DNA from: Acidimicrobiia bacterium
Lineage (GTDB): Bacteria > Actinomycetota > Acidimicrobiia > IMCC26256 > PALSA-610
Direction: 5' to 3'
Assembly: GCA_038320885.1 (NCBI GenBank)
Contig: JBBQER010000003.1
Location: 11,794 to 75,793 of the forward strand
DNA length: 64,000 bases
A model generated the notes under the pieces. That model was not told where the DNA came from. It saw nothing but the letters and a program-made list of their open reading frames with translations, and did not search any database. Position 1 is the stretch's first letter. The number at the start of each line of letters is the position of its first letter. Shown here in pieces: positions 26,801-34,039 of this stretch. The position numbers and the translations under genes are program-made.

Positions 26801-27730
26801 TTACGACGGCCGAAGCACCGCGACGTAGTCGATGACGTCACGGCCGTCAGGTCCGGGCACGGCGAGGATGGTGTGACTGCTCGAGACCTCGAAGCCGTGG
26901 TGGCGAACCAGGTCTTCGATCTCGTCGATGCTGTCGAAGACGATCGCGTGATCGTAGAAGGCAGCATTCGTTACCGTCGAGAAGAACACACGACCGTCGG
27001 GAGGTAGGAGACGCGCAAGCGCGTCCAGTCCAGCGGCAGGATTCGCCAGGTGCTCGACCACCTCGCTGAACAGGACGAGGTCGTACGGCTCGCCGATTGT
27101 CGTATCGAACTGGAGGAAATCCGTTTCGGAGTAGTGCACCCCTGCGGGGTGACGAACCGGATCGACGGCGGCCATGCGCCGCGCCAGGTCGAGACTCAGC
27201 GGGCTGATGTCGTTGAGCGTGAGCTCCACGCGCTCGGCCGCTCGGCCGACCGCGAGGGCATAGGTACCCGGCCCTACGCCGACTTCGAGCACGCGCATGC
27301 CGTCGGTTACGAACGGCAAGACCTCGTTCTCGAAATAGACGAGCTTCTCGAGATGGTTGGGCCAGAAGATCTGCGCGAGGTACAAACCGAAGAGATACCG
27401 GCGACCCATGACGTCTTCGTCTGAGTAGAGTCCGTCCTCGCTCACGAGATCGGGGCCGCCATCGAACTGTCCGGTGCGGTAATAGCGATCCTGCATGCGC
27501 ATGACATCAACGGTCATCTCGACGAAGGCTTCGATCGCGTCATCGAAACGGGCGTCGTCGCCGTCAAGGGCTCGATGCAACCGGCGAAGATGATGCTCAG
27601 CTCTTTTGTAGTAGTCCGGCCCGGTTGCGCACAGGACTTCGATGGGGTCGGCGGCGAAGCCGTAGTCAGCCACCACCGCACGAGCTCGATCGAGCAGGTC
27701 GTGGTCTCCGTTTCCGCCGGCGTTCTCCAT
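26801..27730 (-). CDS. class I SAM-dependent methyltransferase
   Basis: Motif I VLEVGVGPGTYA. GAGGAAGG RBS directly after the upstream stop. Last gene of the Dlt-like operon. Confidence 0.75.
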   Translation of the reverse strand: MENAGGNGDHDLLDRARAVVADYGFAADPIEVLCATGPDYYKRAEHHLRRLHRALDGDDARFDDAIEAFVEMTVDVMRMQDRYYRTGQFDGGPDLVSEDGLYSDEDVMGRRYLFGLYLAQIFWPNHLEKLVYFENEVLPFVTDGMRVLEVGVGPGTYALAVGRAAERVELTLNDISPLSLDLARRMAAVDPVRHPAGVHYSETDFLQFDTTIGEPYDLVLFSEVVEHLANPAAGLDALARLLPPDGRVFFSTVTNAAFYDHAIVFDSIDEIEDLVRHHGFEVSSSHTILAVPGPDGRDVIDYVAVLRPS

Positions 27731-27740
27731 GGGACCTTCC

Positions 27741-27857
27741 TCAGAATCCTCGATACTCGAAGGGGAAGTGCCGCAACGGTAGTCGCTGCAATGACATCAT
27801 CCGCGATGGAATCGTGAGGCCAGCGAGAGCCTCGACTTTACGTGCAAGAGCGATCAC
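27741..27857 (-). pseudogene. degenerate second DltX-like ORF (ends FEYRGF; TM segment lost; frameshifted relative to the ancestral GTG)
   Basis: Aligns with 29099-29221 from EA... to the stop (30 codons, same length). The hydrophobic core is replaced by R-containing sequence, and the GTGCGTGA-coupled start frame hits TAA after 7 codons. Confidence 0.3.
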
Positions 27858-29077
27858 GCACCGTTCGAGGTTTCGCTCCGCCGGGCACAGCCCGCGGACT
27901 TGTACCCCACCTGCGAGATCAGTTGACACAGCTCGCCTGCGAGGTACGGACCCATCGGGCCCGCTCGTCTCAGGTGCATGACATCATGGAAAGCCAGTGG
28001 CGGAACGAACCTGGTCGCCGAGAGCGGCTGGTACCGAATGTTGCGCGCCGCGAAGTTGCTGCGGAACTGTTCGAGGTGTCGTTCGACGCCGCCGACTGCC
28101 GCGGCGAACTCGCTATTGGTCGCGAGCCACTGGCTGTTGACCGGCGCGTCGTAGACGTAGCTGGGAATCTTCGAGTCGCGGAGTTCCGTTGCGATCGCGC
28201 GCAGGATGAGCTTGTTGATCCCGCTGTTGACCTGGCTCGCTCTCTCCATCCATCTCGCCCATTGGATGGCGCTGTGCCATGCGCGCGGCTCGTGCAGGCG
28301 GTATTGAAACCAGAAGTTCACCGGGAGCATGCCGAGGATGAGCTGCGAGCGGTCGGGTTTCCGGACGGCGAGCGCAGCGGCCCGTCCATCGCGACTCAGC
28401 GGCCCGAAGTCGTCGAAGAGCTTGTGGATTCGGTTGCTGTAGTACTGCCGGTTCTCGAGTGGTTGGAACGCCGAGTTGGCCAAACCCCAAGCGAGATCTG
28501 AGGGCGAGAGCAATCCCGCGGCGAGCGGCCAACTGGTCGGCTTCGACAAGAGTTGCACGGCGGCTCGGCTGTCGAGCTGCGTCGATTGATGTATCGCCAT
28601 CGGACTCGTAATCCACGTGGGGTTGAGACTCATCACGATCATGTCGGGCTTGCTCTGGATCACGTCGAGCAGAGTGAAATAGTCGTCGGCGGCCCGCATC
28701 CCATCGAGTACATAAGCATCGACGCCGATCCGGCGCCCGTTGATCCCCGCGAGTTGCTTCGTGATGAGACTCGGCAGGAACTCTCGATAGTTCACGTCGG
28801 TAATATCTCCCTCCGATCCCGTGATCCACGCGATACGGAAGCGGACCTTGCCGAATGGGCTCCGCGCGAACCCACGGGGGTCGTTGACGTCGAGCGCGAG
28901 ATTCTCCACCGAGGGGTTCTTCGTGAACTGGGTCGCGACCTGCGCTGCGTGCGCCGGCAGTACCAACGAGAGCACGACGAGGAACCCGACTGCCCACACG
29001 TGTATGCGGACGAAACTGCCCGCGGTCGTACCCACGCCGAAGCGACGCGCCGCGAATCCGTTGATCCGTTCGATCAT
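27854..29077 (-). CDS. membrane-anchored DltD/SGNH-like acyl-transfer protein
   Basis: N-terminal signal anchor VWAVGFLVVLSLVLPAHA. Block-I-like ITGSEGD and block-V-like HDVMHL (DxxH). Position directly after the MBOAT and DltX-like genes. Confidence 0.6.
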   Translation of the reverse strand: MIERINGFAARRFGVGTTAGSFVRIHVWAVGFLVVLSLVLPAHAAQVATQFTKNPSVENLALDVNDPRGFARSPFGKVRFRIAWITGSEGDITDVNYREFLPSLITKQLAGINGRRIGVDAYVLDGMRAADDYFTLLDVIQSKPDMIVMSLNPTWITSPMAIHQSTQLDSRAAVQLLSKPTSWPLAAGLLSPSDLAWGLANSAFQPLENRQYYSNRIHKLFDDFGPLSRDGRAAALAVRKPDRSQLILGMLPVNFWFQYRLHEPRAWHSAIQWARWMERASQVNSGINKLILRAIATELRDSKIPSYVYDAPVNSQWLATNSEFAAAVGGVERHLEQFRSNFAARNIRYQPLSATRFVPPLAFHDVMHLRRAGPMGPYLAGELCQLISQVGYKSAGCARRSETSNGA

Positions 29078-29098
29078 CGGACTGTCCGGCGTGCCATC

Positions 29099-29221
29099 TC
29101 AGAAGCCCTGATATACGAAGTGCACGGTTGTAACCGTCGTCGCGGCAACGACGATCAAGAGGACTGCTATCAGGAGGCCAATGAACGCCTCAGCCACCCA
29201 CTTGCGAACGCGATCACGCAC
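29099..29221 (-). CDS. DltX-like 40-aa membrane peptide with C-terminal FxYxxF motif
   Basis: Not in the ORF track because it is under 60 aa. GTG start overlaps the upstream stop (GTGCGTGA). VRDRVRKWVAEAFIGLLIAVLLIVVAATTVTTVHFVYQGF*: positive N-terminus, one TM segment, terminal FVYQGF. Confidence 0.55.
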   Translation of the reverse strand: MRDRVRKWVAEAFIGLLIAVLLIVVAATTVTTVHFVYQGF

Positions 29222-29666
29222 CGTTCGTCCCTCCGTTCTGCGAAGTGCAACTCGCCGACCTGTATTTCACCTGTGACACCAGCTGACACAGCTCTCCTGC
29301 GAGTACGGACCCAGCGGCTCTGCCCGGCGCATATGAATCACATCTTGGCGGCGGAAACTCAGTCCCGAAACGAACCTGCCGGCGGTCAGCGGTTGGTACC
29401 GGATGTTCGGGGTCGAGAAGCTCGGTTGGAGTTGCTCGAGCTGGTGCTCGATGCCACGGACTTCGTTGTCGAGAGGCTTGCTCGTCTCGAGGAAAACGCG
29501 GTTGACCGGAGCATCGTAAACGTAACTGGGAAGCCTCGACTCCCGGAGAGCCTTGGCGATCGCTCGCAAGATGATCTTGTTGATCCCGCTCCTTCCTTCG
29601 TTCGACTGGTGCATCCACTGCGCCCACCGGAAGGGCGCGCCGCGGATCCGTTGATGCGTTGATCAT
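29214..29666 (-). pseudogene. internally deleted, frameshifted copy of the DltD-like gene
   Basis: DNA homology to the first roughly 11 codons of 27854-29077 (ATGATC..ATCAACGGAT.CGCGGCGCG). It then jumps to the C-terminal third, which is read in a different frame (GINKIILRAIAKALRESRLPSYVYDAPVN...QDVIHMRRAEPLGPY) and returns for GELCQLVSQVKYRSA. Confidence 0.7.
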
Positions 29667-30889
29667 CGGAGACCCAGCAGCGCGGAGTAGAAGTGTCCGA
29701 GTTGGCCGAGGTGGAGCGTGAGCATCGGGATACTGACCGCGACGTACACGAACACGAGGGTGGCCTTACCGATCGACAGCCATCGCGAGGGTTCAGTCGC
29801 GGCCGGTCGGACTTGGTTGAGCAACCGGGCTCCGATAAGAGCGCATGAGTGGTAGGTGCCGAATATCACGAGCGGAACCGTGATGTCATGCCATAGCGCG
29901 ATCGTCATCATCGTGGCGGCGATGGCGAGATACTGCGACCGTTGACGCATACCGCCGAGCGGAACGAACACGTTCCGTCGCGCCCATCGGGTCAAGCTCA
30001 TATGCCAGTTGTTCCAGAAATCCTGCGGGTTGGTGCGCGTGAAGGGTCGGCTGAAGTTCGGCTTGAGGCGGAAGCCGAAGAGGCGCGCGGTGCCGATGGC
30101 GAGATCGGAGTAACCAGAGAAGTTGAGGTAGAAGAACCACGTGTACATGAAGAGTTCGATCCAGAGCACCAACGCGCCGTTGGTCTTGTACAGCACGAGA
30201 ACGTCGCTGCTGCTCGCGAGCGGGACCGCGAGGACGAACACTTTGAGCACTCCGACGATGACCTGGGTGAACGCTGCTCGGTAGTCCTCGAGCTTCAACC
30301 CCTCCGTCTTCTGGGACTGCGCGTACACCTCGGAGTACTCGATAACCGGCCCGATCACTTGGACCGGCGGAAAAAATCCGTAAAACAGCACGTGCCCAAG
30401 CGGTTGGCGGGGAATGGTGCCGAGGAAGGACTGCACCAGCAGATCAACGGCGCGGAAGGTCGCGAACGAGAGCCCGATGGGCAGGATGATCGGACGGATC
30501 GAGTCGATCGTTCCTGCCACGTTGGAGATCTGCCAGAGCCGGTTGTTCAAGAAGACATTGAACGAGATCGTGAAACTTGCGGGGCGAAGCTTCCAAAGCA
30601 CCATCGGTGCCAATGTCGCGAGAATGGAGATGCTGAGAACGTGCGGGCCCCACTTGTGCTCGCCGCTCCACGCGACGACACGTTGTAGCGTCGCGACCGC
30701 CACCCAGAAGGCGAGGTAGAACAAAGCGAGCCGAGGCGCGACCAGCACAAGCAGGTATGCGCCGGCGAGCGTGAGCAACGTTCGGCGGGCCCATGCCCAC
30801 GGCAGAACGTAGAAGAGTGGCACCAGGACGAGACACAGCGCGAAGAAGTCTGCGAAGAAGTCGAATGCGCTCGGTCCGGTCGTCGGCAC
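29663..30889 (-). CDS. MBOAT family O-acyltransferase (DltB/AlgI-like)
   Basis: FWNNWHMSLTRWARRNVFVPLGG and ALWHD His motifs. Polytopic, 408 aa. Confidence 0.9.
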   Translation of the reverse strand: MPTTGPSAFDFFADFFALCLVLVPLFYVLPWAWARRTLLTLAGAYLLVLVAPRLALFYLAFWVAVATLQRVVAWSGEHKWGPHVLSISILATLAPMVLWKLRPASFTISFNVFLNNRLWQISNVAGTIDSIRPIILPIGLSFATFRAVDLLVQSFLGTIPRQPLGHVLFYGFFPPVQVIGPVIEYSEVYAQSQKTEGLKLEDYRAAFTQVIVGVLKVFVLAVPLASSSDVLVLYKTNGALVLWIELFMYTWFFYLNFSGYSDLAIGTARLFGFRLKPNFSRPFTRTNPQDFWNNWHMSLTRWARRNVFVPLGGMRQRSQYLAIAATMMTIALWHDITVPLVIFGTYHSCALIGARLLNQVRPAATEPSRWLSIGKATLVFVYVAVSIPMLTLHLGQLGHFYSALLGLR

Positions 30890-30892
30890 TGG

Positions 30893-32677
30893 TCATCGAG
30901 CCAGGGTGATGTGCGCGGGCGTCTGTGGTCGGCCTTCGCGGAGGTCCAATCGGAACAGTCCCGGGAACGCGCTGTCGGCTTCGAAGCCGTGGTCGGCGTA
31001 GAAGGTCGCGACCTGGCCGTTCTTGCGCGTGGCCTCGTAGTGGCCGACCAACGAGGTGACACCTCGGGCAACCGCGTCGTCGGCGATCGCGGTCAGGAAT
31101 GCGGTCTCGACGCCGCGCCCCAATACCCGGCAGCTCATCAGGAAGGTGTCGATGGTCGAGGCGTCGGCACCGTGATCGACGATCGCCACGCCGACGATTC
31201 CGTAGTCGCCGAATCGGTCGCTCACTTGAATCGCCCACACGTCATGCGCCGGCGATTGCACGAGTTGCCGGATCTGACTCTCGTCGCGACGGATCGTCGT
31301 GACGTTGAACTGATTGGTCTTGTTCGTGAGCTGCGCGACCCGGGTGACGTGATCGTCGGAGACGCTCGAGAAGATCACTCGGAGCTCGAGCGACGCGAGG
31401 AACTGCGGGCGGTCCATCGTCTTCAGCTGCGTCCGGCGTTTCGCTTCCGACTGCATCATCTCGGTCCGCTGGCGATCTTCGCCGGAGATCCGGACGCGCC
31501 GGAAGAGGCCCGACTCGCTCAACAGGAACGGCAGCTCGGCGAGCTCTTCGGGAACCTGCAAACAGCGGAGCTCGGGGAACGCGGCGGAGACCTCGGCGAT
31601 CTCGAAAGGGCTGTCGTCGACGAACACGAGGCTGTCGACGCCGATGTTGAGCTCCGCCGCGATCGCCCGGATGCTCTCCGACTTCGGCTGCCAGTGGATC
31701 TGCCGCGTCGCGATGTCGGCGAGCGTCAGCACCATTCCTTCGTGGCGCTCGAAGACGTCGAGCACTTCGGCTTCGCTGTTCTTGGTCGCGAGGGCGAGCA
31801 TGAAGCCGCGCGACTTGAGCGTTTGCAACTCGTGCTGGAACGCCTGGAACGCGCGCCCGGGGAACGTGTCACCGAGCTGCAGGCCGCCGAGTCCGTCCTC
31901 GCCGACGATGCCGCCCCAGAGTGTGTTGTCGCAGTCCAACACGATGCACTTGGGCGGCGGCGTGGTGCGGCGTACCACCACCTCCGCGATCTGCGCGCCC
32001 AGCTCGAGCCAGAAGTCGCCCCGGTACGGCTGGCGGTACATCGCCCATTTCTGCGTGTCGAACACCTGTGACTCGCCGGCGAGGCGTTGGAGCGCGTCGA
32101 GATCGACGATCTCCACGAACGGCGCCGACGCGAGGCCGTCGAGCCATGCCGACACCGCCTCCCGATGCAACCGGCCGACGCGCAACGACGTGACGACGTC
32201 GCGGAGATCGATACCCCAGCCGCCCGGGTGCGGTGGTGTAGACGCGCAGGTCGTCGCTTTCGACGTGGAGTCGAGGTTCGCGACCAGCGAGGCGAGCTCG
32301 GCGACACCATCAAGGATCTCGGTTCCGGCCGCGTCGTCGCCGGCGAGGTAGCGCGCGAGCGGCTGTTCGAACACGTCTTCGATGCGCCAGAGCAGCACGA
32401 CGACTTCGACGTCCTCGCCGAGCATCGCCGTGGGATCGAGGCAGACCTGGTGCAGCTGGTTGTAGTCGGCGAAATGAATTTGGGGATCGGTGAATCCCGC
32501 GTCGAGCAGCAACGCGCCGGCTTGGGCTTCGACCGGCTCCGCGGTGAAGGACGCCGCGACACCAACGCTCACGTCGCCGCGGGATTCGGTTTCGCGTTGC
32601 TTGCGGTGTTGGAGCCACCGCCGTTGGTGTTCGCGCGGCGTCCGTGGTACAGAGCCTGACTCGGCGCCCACGATCAA
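30893..32677 (-). CDS. FkbH-like HAD-IIIC family protein (candidate carrier-protein loader)
   Basis: HAD motif I VLDCDNTLWGG, ATKNSE, VFVDDSPFE. C-terminal GNAT-like region with FLMSCRVLGRGVE. TTGA overlap with the carrier-protein stop. Confidence 0.85.
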   Translation of the reverse strand: MIVGAESGSVPRTPREHQRRWLQHRKQRETESRGDVSVGVAASFTAEPVEAQAGALLLDAGFTDPQIHFADYNQLHQVCLDPTAMLGEDVEVVVLLWRIEDVFEQPLARYLAGDDAAGTEILDGVAELASLVANLDSTSKATTCASTPPHPGGWGIDLRDVVTSLRVGRLHREAVSAWLDGLASAPFVEIVDLDALQRLAGESQVFDTQKWAMYRQPYRGDFWLELGAQIAEVVVRRTTPPPKCIVLDCDNTLWGGIVGEDGLGGLQLGDTFPGRAFQAFQHELQTLKSRGFMLALATKNSEAEVLDVFERHEGMVLTLADIATRQIHWQPKSESIRAIAAELNIGVDSLVFVDDSPFEIAEVSAAFPELRCLQVPEELAELPFLLSESGLFRRVRISGEDRQRTEMMQSEAKRRTQLKTMDRPQFLASLELRVIFSSVSDDHVTRVAQLTNKTNQFNVTTIRRDESQIRQLVQSPAHDVWAIQVSDRFGDYGIVGVAIVDHGADASTIDTFLMSCRVLGRGVETAFLTAIADDAVARGVTSLVGHYEATRKNGQVATFYADHGFEADSAFPGLFRLDLREGRPQTPAHITLAR

Positions 32678-32910
32678 ATTCCTGCAACGCCTTTGGCTTT
32701 GAGGACGCTGCGGGCGAGCGCGATGCTACGCATCTTCATGATGTCCCGCGTGCTGAGCGAGACGTCGAAGCTGTCCTCGATCAGCGTGACGAGATTCATG
32801 GCGGCGAGGCTGTCCCACTCCTCGACGGTGTCGGGAGAGCTCTCCTCGTTGAGGACGTCGGTGCTGAGCCCGAGCCCTTCGGCGAATATCTCGAGCAGTG
32901 GGTCCGCCAT
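32674..32910 (-). CDS. acyl/peptidyl carrier protein (DltC-like position)
   Basis: 78 aa, phosphopantetheine attachment motif EEWDSLAAMNLV. First gene of the operon. Confidence 0.85.
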   Translation of the reverse strand: MADPLLEIFAEGLGLSTDVLNEESSPDTVEEWDSLAAMNLVTLIEDSFDVSLSTRDIMKMRSIALARSVLKAKGVAGI

Positions 32911-33003
32911 TACGGCACCTTTTCAGTTCGCGAGTTTCTTCCCACGAATCCCGCCCGGGAGGGACCGTCGAGGCGCGTTGCACCTGGTCGAATGTACCAA
33001 CCG
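32911..33003 (-). promoter_or_regulatory. promoter plus roughly 85-nt conserved 5' leader of the Dlt-like operon (copy X1)
   Basis: -10-like TACATT (plus strand AATGTA, 32991-32996). Hairpin GGTGC-AAC-GCGCC (32972-32984). About 75-80% identical by eye to 40064-40157. Confidence 0.4.
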
Positions 33004-33106
33004 GAGGCACCAATGAGCACGCTGGGGAGCGAGTCGAACGAGTTCGTCGCCCAGTTCGTCGCGACTACCGTTGCCCGATCCGAGACCCGATCTGCCGGAG
33101 GAATCG

Positions 33107-34039
33107 ATGGCCGATGAGCCCGAACCGGTCTCCCCGCTGTTCGAACCGCTGGGTGCCCTCGAGTTCGAGTCGACGGCGTGCCCGATATGCGGAGCAACCC
33201 AGGTAGACAAGCGGCTGCAGAAGACCGTGCAAGGAGTCGGGACGCATTACGGCGTCTGCACGAATTGCGGAACGCTCTACGCGAACCCCCGGTTGACGGT
33301 CGAATCCCTGCGGACGCTGTACAGCTCGCAGGAGTTCTTCGAAGGCAAGCAAGGCAATCTCAACTACTACTCCTTCCTCAGTGGTGAGGACTATCTCCGC
33401 AAGACCGCTCGCGGCCGGATCCATCGGTTCCAGAAGTACGCGCGGGGGAAGCGATTGCTCGAGGTCGCGTCGGCAGCGGGATTCTTCCTCGCCGAGGCCG
33501 CCGCCGCGGGATTCGAGGCGGAGGGTGTCGAATTCTCGAGGCCGATGGCGAGGTACGCGTCCGAACGTTGGGGCGTGCCGGTCACGGCGGGATCGATCGA
33601 GGAAACGGAGCTCGAAGCGAACGCATATGACGTGATCGCCTCGTGGGGTGTCATGACGATCATTCGTGATACGAAAGCGTTGATGAAGAAGTTCAACACC
33701 GCGCTGAAGCCGGGTGGAGTCTGGGCGTTCAACACCTACGACAACCGGTCGCTCTGGGGTCGGGCGTTCGGTGCTCGCTGGTACATCCTCGTCCCCAACA
33801 CCAGTCAGATCCACTGCGACAAGACGTTGCGGCGTCTCCTCGACGAGGCTGGGTTCGATCTCGTCGCCCGGCGCCGGGACCGTCCCCATGCGAGTGTCGA
33901 GCGGCTGGCGTTCGTGTTGCTGTCGCATCTGAGCCATGGAGTGCGCGACAGGTTCTTCGAGCGCGTCCACTTCTTGAACCGGTTGATCGTTCCCCTCCAA
34001 GCGCCGGATGCGTTCGAATACGTCTGCGTCAAGCGGTGA
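33107..34039 (+). CDS. SAM-dependent methyltransferase with N-terminal Cys4 zinc ribbon
   Basis: GGAGGAA RBS. CPICG...CTNCG. Motif I LLEVASAAGFF. Intact paralog of 24194-24849. Confidence 0.8.
   Translation: MADEPEPVSPLFEPLGALEFESTACPICGATQVDKRLQKTVQGVGTHYGVCTNCGTLYANPRLTVESLRTLYSSQEFFEGKQGNLNYYSFLSGEDYLRKTARGRIHRFQKYARGKRLLEVASAAGFFLAEAAAAGFEAEGVEFSRPMARYASERWGVPVTAGSIEETELEANAYDVIASWGVMTIIRDTKALMKKFNTALKPGGVWAFNTYDNRSLWGRAFGARWYILVPNTSQIHCDKTLRRLLDEAGFDLVARRRDRPHASVERLAFVLLSHLSHGVRDRFFERVHFLNRLIVPLQAPDAFEYVCVKR

Noticed and set aside
27741-27929. 62-aa ORF / second DltX-like peptide ending FEYRGF as a functional gene.
   Set aside because: The hydrophobic helix is replaced by charged residues, and the start that is translationally coupled in the intact copy leads to TAA after 7 codons. 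Only the terminal motif is retained. It is kept as a low-confidence pseudogene.
29663-29700. C-terminus of the MBOAT (...GHFYSALLGLR*) as a fused DltX-like acceptor motif.
   Set aside because: It only loosely resembles FxYxxF and is not at the extreme terminus. Calling it a motif would be over-interpretation without an alignment.
32911-33003. Assigning the shared leader to a known riboswitch class. Candidates considered were guanidine/mini-ykkC because of the ACGA and CCCGGGAGGG strings, and SAM classes because of the neighbouring methyltransferases.
   Set aside because: I could not fit the sequence to the hairpin and loop arrangement of any class I know. The ACGA is not in a tetraloop context. 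It is left as an unclassified cis element.
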